From: an uncultured Pelagibacteraceae bacterium
GTDB taxonomy: Bacteria > Pseudomonadota > Alphaproteobacteria > Pelagibacterales > Pelagibacteraceae
Length of the DNA stretch: 64,000 bases
Assembly: GCA_902528575.1 (NCBI GenBank)
Contig: CABZSV010000003.1
Location: forward strand, 1,995-65,994
Direction of reading: 5' to 3'
The notes below the pieces were generated by a model. That model searched no databases and was not told where the DNA came from. It saw only the letters and a program-made list of their open reading frames with translations. This document shows, one piece after another, positions 30,248 to 40,128 of this stretch. Each line of letters starts with the position of its first letter. The first letter of the stretch is position 1. Position numbers and translations under genes: made by a program.

Positions 30248-32060
30248 CTGTTACTGATTTAGCTAAATTTCTTGGTTTATCTATATCATAACCTTTTTTT
30301 AAGGCCGAATAATATGCAAGCTTTTGCAGCGGAATGGTTAAAAGGAATGGAAGTAAATCATCATTAGTATTCTCAACTTCAATAGTTTGCCAAATATTTT
30401 CAGAGACAACTTCATCCTTACTTTTATTTGTTATTAATAATACTTTAGCTCCTCTGGCAATAACTTCCTGCATATTTGAAATTGTTTTTTTATAATAATT
30501 GTCTCTAGGTGCTAAAACAACAACAGGCATACCCTCCTCTATTAAAGCTAGTGGTCCATGTTTCATTTCACCTGCTGGATAACCTTCGGCATGGACATAG
30601 GAAAGTTCTTTAAGTTTTAATGCACCCTCTAAAGCAATAGGATATGAATAGCCTCTACCTAAAAACATTGAACCTTTTGCCTCATTAAATGTAGAGGATA
30701 TGGATTGAATATCATTATCATGTAACAGAGTTTTTTCTATTAAACCTGGTAAATTGTTTAAGTCTTTAATTTTTTCTTGATATTCTTTTTTTTCAATTTC
30801 CTTTCTTAATGATCCAAGTTTTAAGGATAAAATATACAAAACCAGTATTTGACCTAGAAATGCTTTAGTGGATGCGACTCCTATTTCAGGGCCGCAATGA
30901 ATTGGTAAAACAAAATTTGAGTCTCTAGCAATTGAGCTTTCAATTACATTAACAACAGCACATGTTTTCAAATTATTTTTATTACACAAATCTAGAGCCG
31001 CATAAGTATCTGCTGTTTCTCCTGATTGTGAAACAAAAATATATAAAGTATCTTTTTTAAACCTATTTTTTCTGTATCTAAATTCTGATGCTATATCTAC
31101 GTTAACATCTAATTTTGTAAGTTCTTCAAACCAATATTTAGACATTAAACATGAATGATATGCAGTACCACAGCCAATTAATTTTATTGAGCTAATCTCT
31201 TCTACTTTCCAAGGAAAATTAAAAATATTTATGTCTTTATTTACATTATCTACATACTCTTTAATTCCAGTTTTAATTGTTATTGGTTGCTCTTCAATTT
31301 CTTTTGCCATGAAATGTTTAAAGTCACCTTTATCGTAATTTGCTTGATCTGATGATAGTTCTAATATTTTTTTATTAACTTTTTTTCCTTCGTCGTTAAA
31401 AAAAAGAACTTGATCTTTTTTAACAATGCAAAATTCACCATCATCAAGATAAGTAATTTTATTTGTCATAGATTTTAAAGCATAAGAATCTGATCCTAGA
31501 TAGTTTTCATTTGGACCATAACCAACAGCTAAGGGTGACCCTCTTCTAGCACCAACTATTATGTCTGGTATATCTTTAAAAACAATTCCAAGAGCAAAAC
31601 TACCATGAAGTTGTTTTAAAGTTTTTGTGATAGCTTCTTCTAATTCTGAAGTCTTTAAATGTTCTGTTATTAAATGAACAATTACCTCTGTATCTGTCTG
31701 TGATTTAAAGTTATGACCCTTGTTAATTAAATGTTTTTTTAATATTGTAGAATTTTCAATAATTCCATTATGAACTACAGATACATTATGAGAAGAATGA
31801 GGATGAGCATTTAAACTATTTGGAATTCCATGAGTTGCCCATCTTACATGACCTATACCAATAGTTCCTCTTAAGTTTTTTAAATCGAAATTATTTTCTA
31901 AGTTATCAACTCTTCCCTCTGATTTTACTTCATTGATTTCACCATCTGAAAGTGTGGCTATTCCTGCTGAGTCATATCCTCTGTACTCTAATTTTTTTAA
32001 TGAATTAATTATATTTGCAGAAACAGGTTTGTTACTTGATATTCCAATAATTCCACACAT
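30240..32060 (-). CDS. glmS: Glutamine--fructose-6-phosphate aminotransferase
   Basis: MCGIIG, EYRGYDSAG, SQSGETAD, PRNLAKSVTVE. Confidence 0.99.
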   Translation of the reverse strand: MCGIIGISSNKPVSANIINSLKKLEYRGYDSAGIATLSDGEINEVKSEGRVDNLENNFDLKNLRGTIGIGHVRWATHGIPNSLNAHPHSSHNVSVVHNGIIENSTILKKHLINKGHNFKSQTDTEVIVHLITEHLKTSELEEAITKTLKQLHGSFALGIVFKDIPDIIVGARRGSPLAVGYGPNENYLGSDSYALKSMTNKITYLDDGEFCIVKKDQVLFFNDEGKKVNKKILELSSDQANYDKGDFKHFMAKEIEEQPITIKTGIKEYVDNVNKDINIFNFPWKVEEISSIKLIGCGTAYHSCLMSKYWFEELTKLDVNVDIASEFRYRKNRFKKDTLYIFVSQSGETADTYAALDLCNKNNLKTCAVVNVIESSIARDSNFVLPIHCGPEIGVASTKAFLGQILVLYILSLKLGSLRKEIEKKEYQEKIKDLNNLPGLIEKTLLHDNDIQSISSTFNEAKGSMFLGRGYSYPIALEGALKLKELSYVHAEGYPAGEMKHGPLALIEEGMPVVVLAPRDNYYKKTISNMQEVIARGAKVLLITNKSKDEVVSENIWQTIEVENTNDDLLPFLLTIPLQKLAYYSALKKGYDIDKPRNLAKSVTVE

Positions 32061-32063
32061 AAA

Positions 32064-32675
32064 TTATTTTTTCTTTCTTTTGTAATTCTTAACTTCTAAT
32101 TGTGGCGATCTTGTTAGAGCTAAAGATTTTTTTTTAACGTTTTTTGTAATTACTGATCCAGCTCCAACAATACTGTCTTTATTTATTGTAATTGGAGCAA
32201 CTAAAGAAGAGTTTGAACCTATAAATACTTTGTCTTTAATTTTTGTCTTATTTTTATTTACTCCATCATAATTACAAGTAATTGTGCCTGCTCCAATGTT
32301 CACTGATTTTCCAATTTGAGCATCTCCCACATAAGATAAATGGTTAACTTTAGATTTATTTCCTAAAGTACTTTTTTTAATCTCTACAAAATTACCTACT
32401 TTAGATCCTTCTTTTAAAAGTGTATTAGGTCTTATTCTAGCATATGGACCAATCTCAACTTTATTTTCAATTTTACAAGATTCTAAATGTGAAAAAGATT
32501 TTATAATTACATTATTCCCAATTTTTACCTTAGAGCCAATAACAACATAGGGTTCTATAGTCACATTATTTCCAATCTTGGTGTCTTTTGAAAAAAAAAT
32601 AGTTTCAGGACCTATCATCTTTACTCCTGACTTTATAAATTTTTCTCTAAGTTTTTTTTGATTTATAACTTCCAT
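32064..32675 (-). CDS. glmU: GlmU C-terminal acetyltransferase (left-handed beta-helix) domain only
   Basis: [47 protein letters not shown]; 203 aa, no nucleotidyltransferase domain. Confidence 0.9.
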   Translation of the reverse strand: MEVINQKKLREKFIKSGVKMIGPETIFFSKDTKIGNNVTIEPYVVIGSKVKIGNNVIIKSFSHLESCKIENKVEIGPYARIRPNTLLKEGSKVGNFVEIKKSTLGNKSKVNHLSYVGDAQIGKSVNIGAGTITCNYDGVNKNKTKIKDKVFIGSNSSLVAPITINKDSIVGAGSVITKNVKKKSLALTRSPQLEVKNYKRKKK

Positions 32676-32744
32676 TTAGAATTGATTTACATTAAGTATA
32701 CATATTGATTAATTCACAATTTATTTCTTTAAAATACTTTTATA

Positions 32745-33428
32745 ATGAAACAAAAATTTACAGTTTTATTTGATTTAGATGGTACGTTAGTCGATACAGC
32801 TCCAGATCTGATGAGGGCACACAACCATGTTATGCAAAAATTTGGTTACCCAACCAAATCAACTGAAGAAATTAGAAATCTTGTAGGTAAAGGTGCTGGC
32901 GCAATGATAGGGAGATCTATATGGGGCCAAGCAAAAAAAGAATTTGGTAAAGTAAATGATGAAAAAGTTAAAAAAGAAATGGTCACTGAATTTGTTGATT
33001 TTTATGGAAAAAATATAATAAACGAAAGTACACTTATTAATGGTGTAAAAGAATTTTTAAATTGGTGCAAAAATCAAAATATATCCATGGCTGTTTGCAC
33101 AAACAAGCAAGAGCATCTATCAAATGATCTTTTAAAAAAAATTGGCATCTATGATTATTTTGAATATGTTGCTGGTTCAGATACTTTCGATTATTGTAAA
33201 CCAGATCCAAGACATCTTACCACTGTGGTTGAAATACTAGATGGAGATATAAAAAAATCGATAATGATAGGTGATAGTGAAACTGATGCAAACGCTGCAA
33301 AGGCAGCTGAAATACCAATTATTTTATTAGAGGACGGATATACTGAAAAAAATAAAGACGAAATTTATCACAATCACTTAATAAAAGACTTTATAGGTAT
33401 TGAGAAAATAATATCTGAATATCTTTAA
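32745..33428 (+). CDS. gph: Phosphoglycolate phosphatase-like HAD hydrolase
   Basis: FDLDGTLVDTAPDL, KPDP, MIGDSETD. Confidence 0.88.
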   Translation: MKQKFTVLFDLDGTLVDTAPDLMRAHNHVMQKFGYPTKSTEEIRNLVGKGAGAMIGRSIWGQAKKEFGKVNDEKVKKEMVTEFVDFYGKNIINESTLINGVKEFLNWCKNQNISMAVCTNKQEHLSNDLLKKIGIYDYFEYVAGSDTFDYCKPDPRHLTTVVEILDGDIKKSIMIGDSETDANAAKAAEIPIILLEDGYTEKNKDEIYHNHLIKDFIGIEKIISEYL

Positions 33429-33481
33429 TATTGATTAATTTATTTTAACTATTAAAACAAATTCACAAATTAGGAGTTATT

Positions 33482-34984
33482 TTGTTATTACATACAGTCA
33501 AAGTATATCCGTCAAAAATTAGTCTTCCAAAGAAGAAGCAGCTAGCATGGAAGATAGCTGAGATAGCAAGTGATAATGCTAAATTAAATAATGACGCTAT
33601 TGACATGGTTATCAATAGAATAATTGATAACGCTTCAGTTGCTATTGCTTCATTAAATAGAAAGCCAGTAATCTCATCTAGAGAGATGGCATTAAAGCAT
33701 TCTAGAAAAAATGGCGCTACCATATTCGGTGTAAACTCAAAACTAAAATTTGATTGCGAATGGGCAGCTTGGTCTAATGGAACTGCAGTTAGAGAATTAG
33801 ATTTCCATGACACTTTTTTAGCTGCAGATTATAGTCATCCTGGTGATAACATACCTCCGCTTATAAGTGTTGCACAACAAAATAGAAAAAGTGGATTGGA
33901 TTTACTAAGAGGAATAATTACTGCATACGAAGTTCAAGTAAATTTAGTTAAAGGAATTTGTTTACATAAACATAAAGTTGATCACATTGCTCATTTAGGA
34001 CCTAGTGTGGCTGCTGGACTAGGAACAATGTTAAAATTAAATACAGAAACTATTTATCAGGCTGTTCAACAGGCACTACATACAACAATTTCAACAAGAC
34101 AATCAAGAAAAGGAGAAATTTCAAGTTGGAAAGCTTATGCTCCAGCACACGCTGGCAAGCTTGCTATCGAAGCTGTAGATAGAGCTATGCGGGGTGAAGG
34201 AGCTCCAAGTCCAATTTATGAAGGTGAAGACAGTGTAATTGCAAGAATACTAGATGGCAAAAAAGCTAACTACAAAGTCCCATTGCCAAAAAAAGGTGAA
34301 AGTAAAAAAGCTATTTTAGAGACATACACAAAAGAATATTCTGCAGAATATCAATCACAAGCATTAATAGATCTAGCCAAAAAGCTAAAAAATAAAATTT
34401 CAAATTTAAATCAAATTAAAAAAATTGATATATTTACTAGCCACCATACACATTATGTTATCGGTACAGGCGCTAATGACCCTCAAAAAATGGATCCTAA
34501 TGCAAGCAGAGAGACATTAGATCATTCTATAATGTACATCTTTGCTGTAGCACTTGAAGATGGAGATTGGCATCATATCAAATCTTATACAAAAGCCAGA
34601 GCTAAAAGAAAAAGTACAATTAAAATTTGGAGATCAATAAAAACATTTGAAGACAAAAAATGGACAAAAAAGTATCACGACCCTAATCCAAAAAACAAAT
34701 CCTTTGGAGCTAAAGTTGTTGTGACGTTTAACAATGGAAAAAAAATAACAGAGGAACTAGATAGAGCAGACGCACATCCATATGGGGCTAAACCTTTTAG
34801 CAGAGAAAATTATATAAATAAATTTATAACTCTAACTGACGGTATTTTAGATAAAAAAGAAACCAATCGTTTTTTAAAAACAGTACAAAATTTAAGAAAT
34901 TTAAAATCAGGTCAACTTTATAAATTGAATATTGAGGTAAGAAAAAATAAATTAAAAAAAAATAATAAAAAGGGAATTTTTTAA
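33482..34984 (+). CDS. prpD: 2-methylcitrate dehydratase (MmgE/PrpD)
   Basis: [28 protein letters not shown]; GGAG SD before a TTG start. Confidence 0.93.
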   Translation: MLLHTVKVYPSKISLPKKKQLAWKIAEIASDNAKLNNDAIDMVINRIIDNASVAIASLNRKPVISSREMALKHSRKNGATIFGVNSKLKFDCEWAAWSNGTAVRELDFHDTFLAADYSHPGDNIPPLISVAQQNRKSGLDLLRGIITAYEVQVNLVKGICLHKHKVDHIAHLGPSVAAGLGTMLKLNTETIYQAVQQALHTTISTRQSRKGEISSWKAYAPAHAGKLAIEAVDRAMRGEGAPSPIYEGEDSVIARILDGKKANYKVPLPKKGESKKAILETYTKEYSAEYQSQALIDLAKKLKNKISNLNQIKKIDIFTSHHTHYVIGTGANDPQKMDPNASRETLDHSIMYIFAVALEDGDWHHIKSYTKARAKRKSTIKIWRSIKTFEDKKWTKKYHDPNPKNKSFGAKVVVTFNNGKKITEELDRADAHPYGAKPFSRENYINKFITLTDGILDKKETNRFLKTVQNLRNLKSGQLYKLNIEVRKNKLKKNNKKGIF

Positions 34985-35880
34985 TGCACTTTGTGGAAAA
35001 AGAACCAAGTCAAAAAAGATTAGATTTTGACCAGAAATTAAAATTAAATAAAATATTAAGAGTTCCTGGTGCATATAATCCGTTGACAGCAAAATTAATT
35101 GAAGAAATTGGTTATGACGCAGTTTATGTATCTGGTGGAGTAATGGCTAATGATCTTGGTTTTCCAGATATTGGCTTAACTACACTACAAGATGTTAGTA
35201 CAAGATCTTATCTGATTTCAAGAGTAACTAATCTTCCTACAATAGTTGATATAGATACAGGATTTAAATCATGCAAAGAAACCATAGAAACCTTTGAGGA
35301 ATTTGGAATAACAGGAGTTCATTTAGAGGATCAAATTGAAAGAAAAAGATGTGGGCATCTTGATAACAAAGAACTAATTTCAACTGATGCCATGGTTAAA
35401 AAAATTAAAGAATGTGTTGCAGCAAAAAAAGATCAAAACTTTAAAATTATAGCTCGTTCAGACGCCAAAAGTGTTGAGGGTATCGATAAAATGATTGAAA
35501 GATGCAAAGCCTACATTGACGCTGGTGCTGAAATAATATTTCCTGAAGCTCTTCAAGATGAGAAAGATTTTGAAAAAGTTCGTAAAGAATTAACTGGATA
35601 TTTATTAGCTAATATGACTGAGTTTGGTAAGTCTAAATTGTTTAACTACAAAGAATTAGAAAATTTTGGATACAATATTGTGATTTATCCAGTTACCACA
35701 CAAAGATTGGCTATGAAAAATGTAGAAGATGGATTAAGAGACATTTATGCAAATGGACACCAAAACAATATAATTGATAAAATGCAAACTAGAAAAAGAC
35801 TCTATGAATTAGTTGATTATGAAAAATACAAATCATTAGATGAAAAAATTTATAATTTTAGTACGGAAGGACATGAATAA
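34984..35880 (+). CDS. prpB: 2-methylisocitrate lyase
   Basis: VDIDTGF, LEDQ..KRCGHL, LANMTEFGK. Confidence 0.95.
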   Translation: MHFVEKEPSQKRLDFDQKLKLNKILRVPGAYNPLTAKLIEEIGYDAVYVSGGVMANDLGFPDIGLTTLQDVSTRSYLISRVTNLPTIVDIDTGFKSCKETIETFEEFGITGVHLEDQIERKRCGHLDNKELISTDAMVKKIKECVAAKKDQNFKIIARSDAKSVEGIDKMIERCKAYIDAGAEIIFPEALQDEKDFEKVRKELTGYLLANMTEFGKSKLFNYKELENFGYNIVIYPVTTQRLAMKNVEDGLRDIYANGHQNNIIDKMQTRKRLYELVDYEKYKSLDEKIYNFSTEGHE

Positions 35881-37004
35881 TGAGTGATGATATCAAGAAG
35901 GGATTACTAGGCATTGTTGTTGATGAAACAGAGGTTTCAAAAGTAATGCCTGAGATTAACTCGCTTACTTATAGGGGGTATGCTGCTCAAGATTTATGTG
36001 AGTATTGTAGATTTGAGGAGGTTGCATATTTAATTTTAAATAAAGATTTACCAAATACTCTTGAACTTAGAAAATTTGAGAAAGAAGAAAGAAATCATAG
36101 GGAGTTAACTAAAAATTTATATGAGATTATTAGGCATATGCCAAAAAAATCACATCCGATGGATGTAGCTAGGACTGCTGTAAGTGTAATGGGATTGGAA
36201 GATAAAGAGACTACCGACTCTTCACCTGAAGCAAATATGAGAAAAGCTCTAAGAATTTTTGCAAAAACTCCTACAGCACTTGCTGCTTTTTACCGAATAA
36301 GGAAAGGAAAAAAAATTATTAAACCAAAAAAAACTTTAACTTTTGCTGAAAACTTTTTCTATATGTGTTTTGGAAAAGTACCTCAAAAAGAAATTGTTAA
36401 GGCTTTTGATGTATCTCTAATTCTTTATGCTGAGCATAGTTTTAATGTTTCTACATTTACGGCAAGAACAATCACTAGCAGTTTGTCTGATATACATGGA
36501 GCAATAACAGGTGCAATCGCCAGTTTAAAAGGCCCTCTTCACGGTGGAGCTAATGAGGAAGTTATGCATATGATGAACAAAATTAAAAAGCCTGAAAATG
36601 CCTTAAAATGGATTAACAATGCCTTAAAAAATAAAGAGGTGGTGATGGGATTTGGGCATAGGGTTTATAAATCAGGTGATTCTAGAGTTCCAACCATGAG
36701 GAAATATTTTGCAAAAGTTGCTAAAATTAAGAAAGATAAAAAATTCGAGAAAATTTACGATATTGTTGAAAGGGTAATGATAAAAGAAAAAAACATATAT
36801 CCTAATGTAGACTATCCTACAGGACCTACTTATCATTTAATGGGATTTGAAACTGATTTTTTTACTCCAATATTTGTAATTTCAAGAATTACTGGTTGGT
36901 CTGCTCATATAATGGAGCAACACGCTGCTAATAAACTTATTAGACCTTTAGCTAGTTACAAAGGTAGCAAGCATCGAAAAGTGATGCAGTTAAATCAAAG
37001 ATAA
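35880..37004 (+). CDS. prpC: 2-methylcitrate synthase / citrate synthase
   Basis: YAEHSFN, GPLHGGANE, MGFGHRVY, PNVD; in an operon with prpD and prpB. Confidence 0.92.
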   Translation: MSDDIKKGLLGIVVDETEVSKVMPEINSLTYRGYAAQDLCEYCRFEEVAYLILNKDLPNTLELRKFEKEERNHRELTKNLYEIIRHMPKKSHPMDVARTAVSVMGLEDKETTDSSPEANMRKALRIFAKTPTALAAFYRIRKGKKIIKPKKTLTFAENFFYMCFGKVPQKEIVKAFDVSLILYAEHSFNVSTFTARTITSSLSDIHGAITGAIASLKGPLHGGANEEVMHMMNKIKKPENALKWINNALKNKEVVMGFGHRVYKSGDSRVPTMRKYFAKVAKIKKDKKFEKIYDIVERVMIKEKNIYPNVDYPTGPTYHLMGFETDFFTPIFVISRITGWSAHIMEQHAANKLIRPLASYKGSKHRKVMQLNQR

Positions 37005-37012
37005 ATTTAAAA

Positions 37013-38020
37013 TTAACTAAAAGCTTCTGCCCAAGTACCCTGAGTTGATGCTTTAGAATATTCAGTCGCTCTACCTTCGAAGAAATTCATATGCTCAACA
37101 GCATTAAGCATTGTATCCAACCAAGTTAGTGGATTTTTTTGAACATCATAAATTGGTTCTAATCCTAATTGAATAAGTCGTCTATTTGCAATGAACCTAA
37201 TGTAACCTTTAACTTCTTGAGCGGTTAAACCTTCCATAGGACCCATTTCAAAAGCTAAATCAATAAAAGCATCCTCATGCTCAACAATTGTTCTACAAGC
37301 TTCATAAAGTTCTTTTTTAAGTTTAGGTGTCCAGATTTCAGGATTTTCTTTTATAAACTCCTTAAAAATTCTGATCATAGAATTACAATGAAGTGTTTCA
37401 TCTCTTACAGACCAAGTAACTATCTGTCCCATTCCTTTCATTTTATTATGTCTTGGAAAATTCAATAAAATTGCAAAACTAGCAAACAATTGTAATCCTT
37501 CTGTAAAAGCACTAAACACCGCAACTGTTTTTGCAATATCCTCTTTAGAATTTACATTGAAACCTTGCATGTAATCGTACTTGTCTTTCATCTCTTTGTA
37601 TTTCATGAAAGCTGAGTATTCAGACTCAGGCATACCAATAGTATCTAAAAGATGAGAATAAGCAGCTACATGAACTGTTTCCATTGCTGCAAATGCTGTC
37701 ATCATCATTAATACTTCTGTTGGTTTAAATACAGTTGTGTAATGTCTTAAATAACAATTATTAACCTCTACATCTGCTTGAGTGAAAAATCTAAAGATTT
37801 GAGTTAATAAATTTTTTTCCGGTTGAGACAAATTTTTTTGCCAATCTCTAACATCATCTCCCAAAGGTACCTCTTCTGGTAACCAATGAATTCTTTGTTG
37901 AGTTAACCATGCATCATAACACCATGGATATCTAAAAGGTTTGTACACAGGGTTTTCTACTAATAGACCCATCTTTTTTGGTTGAATAATTTCTTTATTA
38001 ATTTTTTCTGCTACTGACAT
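37013..38020 (-). CDS. nrdB: Class Ia ribonucleotide reductase beta subunit
   Basis: FFTQAD, ETVH, EGLQLF, RDETLH, NFFEGRATEY; start placed at MSVAEK. Confidence 0.96.
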   Translation of the reverse strand: MSVAEKINKEIIQPKKMGLLVENPVYKPFRYPWCYDAWLTQQRIHWLPEEVPLGDDVRDWQKNLSQPEKNLLTQIFRFFTQADVEVNNCYLRHYTTVFKPTEVLMMMTAFAAMETVHVAAYSHLLDTIGMPESEYSAFMKYKEMKDKYDYMQGFNVNSKEDIAKTVAVFSAFTEGLQLFASFAILLNFPRHNKMKGMGQIVTWSVRDETLHCNSMIRIFKEFIKENPEIWTPKLKKELYEACRTIVEHEDAFIDLAFEMGPMEGLTAQEVKGYIRFIANRRLIQLGLEPIYDVQKNPLTWLDTMLNAVEHMNFFEGRATEYSKASTQGTWAEAFS

Positions 38021-39948
38021 GATAAACACTCCTCATATTCTGGTTCTTCAGATTTGGTTGATTTATTTTTATAAACGTTAGCCATAATATCTGTTGATTT
38101 TGCATCATTGATATTTTCGGCTCTTTGAATTGATTTTGATCTACAGTAATAAAGACTTTTTAAGCCTTTCTTCCATGCATCAAAATGAATTTTGTGTAAT
38201 TCTTTTTTATGAACATCTGCTGGTAAAAATAAATTTACTGATTGAGCTTGTGAAATATAAGGAGTTCTGTCTCCACTAAGTTCAATTATCCAATTTTGAT
38301 TAAGCTCAAATGCTGTTTTAAATACATCTTTTTCTAAATCAGTTAAAAAATCTAGATGACTAACAGACCCCTGATTGGTAGTAATAGTAGACCAGGTTTC
38401 ATCATCATTTTTACCATGACTTTGTAATATTTCCTCTAAATATCTATTTCTAACGTTGAAAGATCCTGACAAAGTTTTGTGGGTATAACTATTAGCTGCA
38501 ATAGGCTCTACTCCTGGAGATGCTCCACCACAAATAATTGAAATCGAAGCTGTTGGAGCGATTGCTGTCTTGTTAGAAAATCTTTCTTTATAACCATACT
38601 CTGCCGCATCTGGACATGCACCTCTTTCTTCAGCTAAATCTTTAGAAGCTTGATTAACTTTCTCATGAATATTTTTAAATATTTTTTTATTCCATGACTT
38701 TGCCATTACGGACTCTAGTGGAATTCTATTTTTTTGTAAAAATGAATGAAAGCCCATTACACCCAATCCAACACTTCTTTCTCTTTCGGCTGAATATTTT
38801 GCATCTTTAAATTGATCTGGTGCTTTGTTAATGAAATCAGATAAAACATTATCTAAAAATCTCATCACATCACTAATCATGTCTGGATCATCTTTCCATT
38901 CATCGTATTTTTCTAGATTTAACGAAGACAAACAACATACTGCAGTTCTATCTCTTCCATCCTTATCAATTCCTGTTGGTAATGTTATTTCGCTACATAA
39001 GTTAGAAGTTTTAACAGTTAGATTTGCTAACTTGTGATGTTGAGGAATTTGTCTGTTAACAGTATCAATGTAAATTATATATGGCTCACCTGTTTCAATT
39101 CTTGCAGTTAATAATCTTATCCATAAATTTCTTGCTGAAATAGTTTGTTGAACACTTCCGTCAGCAGGACTTTTTAAAGCCCATTGTTCATCTGTTTCTA
39201 CAGCTCTCATAAACGCATCAGAAACTAAAACCCCGTGATGTAAATTTAATGCTTTTCTATTTGGATCACCACCAGTAGGTCTTCTCATTTCAATAAACTC
39301 TTCTATCTCAGGATGATCAATTGGAAGATAACATGCAGCAGAACCTCTTCTTAATGATCCTTGACTGATGGCCATAGTTAAAGAATCCATAACTTTTATA
39401 AAAGGAATTATTCCAGAAGTTTTTCCAACTCTTCCTATTTTTTCACCAATAGATCTTAAGTTACCCCAGTAACTTCCAATTCCTCCACCCTTCGCTGCCA
39501 ACCAAACATTCTCACTCCATAAATCAAGAATACCTCCTAAGCTATCAGATGCTTCATTTAAAAAACATGAAATAGGTAATCCTCTTTTTGTACCACCGTT
39601 TGATAAAACTGGTGTTGCTGGCATGAACCAAAGATTACTTATATAATTATAAATTCTTTGAGCGTGCAAATTATCATCTGAATATGTGCTTGCTACTCTT
39701 GCAAATAAATCTTGATAAGATTCGTTCAAACCTAAATATCTGTCTTTTAAAGTTGCTTTACCAAAGTCTGTAAGATTTGCATCTTTCGAACGATCAATTT
39801 TAATTATGATGCCTTTGTCATTTTGAAATAGTTCTGTTTCGTTATTTAATGAGAAAAGATCAGGCTTATTTATCTTAGAAACTTCCTTAACTTCTGGGCT
39901 ATATTCAGAGACAGCTTTTTTGAGGGCTTGAGAAAGAATCTTATTCAT
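38011..39948 (-). CDS. nrdA: Class I ribonucleotide reductase alpha subunit
   Basis: PISCF, SNLCSEI, APTAS, KSLYY, C-terminal CLSCQ. Confidence 0.97.
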   Translation of the reverse strand: MNKILSQALKKAVSEYSPEVKEVSKINKPDLFSLNNETELFQNDKGIIIKIDRSKDANLTDFGKATLKDRYLGLNESYQDLFARVASTYSDDNLHAQRIYNYISNLWFMPATPVLSNGGTKRGLPISCFLNEASDSLGGILDLWSENVWLAAKGGGIGSYWGNLRSIGEKIGRVGKTSGIIPFIKVMDSLTMAISQGSLRRGSAACYLPIDHPEIEEFIEMRRPTGGDPNRKALNLHHGVLVSDAFMRAVETDEQWALKSPADGSVQQTISARNLWIRLLTARIETGEPYIIYIDTVNRQIPQHHKLANLTVKTSNLCSEITLPTGIDKDGRDRTAVCCLSSLNLEKYDEWKDDPDMISDVMRFLDNVLSDFINKAPDQFKDAKYSAERERSVGLGVMGFHSFLQKNRIPLESVMAKSWNKKIFKNIHEKVNQASKDLAEERGACPDAAEYGYKERFSNKTAIAPTASISIICGGASPGVEPIAANSYTHKTLSGSFNVRNRYLEEILQSHGKNDDETWSTITTNQGSVSHLDFLTDLEKDVFKTAFELNQNWIIELSGDRTPYISQAQSVNLFLPADVHKKELHKIHFDAWKKGLKSLYYCRSKSIQRAENINDAKSTDIMANVYKNKSTKSEEPEYEECLSCQ

Positions 39949-39981
39949 AAATTTTAATTATATTTTGTTATTAGTACGAAA

Positions 39982-40026
39982 ACAACTATATGTTGTAGGC
40001 GTTTATCGTAAATATACTATATAAAC
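39982..40026. promoter_or_regulatory. NrdR box (strong) plus a weaker second box 31 bp away
   Basis: ACAACTATATGTTGT (39982-39996) fits the NrdR consensus CwAtATaTwG; partial copy ACTATATAAAC at 40016-40026; upstream of nrdA. Confidence 0.7.
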
Positions 40027-40128
40027 TTTTGTACAATAGAACATTTATAGAACGCGACAAAATGATAATCAATAAAAAAATAAATTTTTTTGCAAGAAAT
40101 TAACAAAAAAAGAGTAAGAAAATAGGTA

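Noticed and set aside
32702-33440. 13-bp direct repeat ATATTGATTAATT flanking gph
   Set aside because: Almost pure A/T and includes a likely -35 hexamer (TTGATT) for gph and prpD; not convincing as a target-site duplication.
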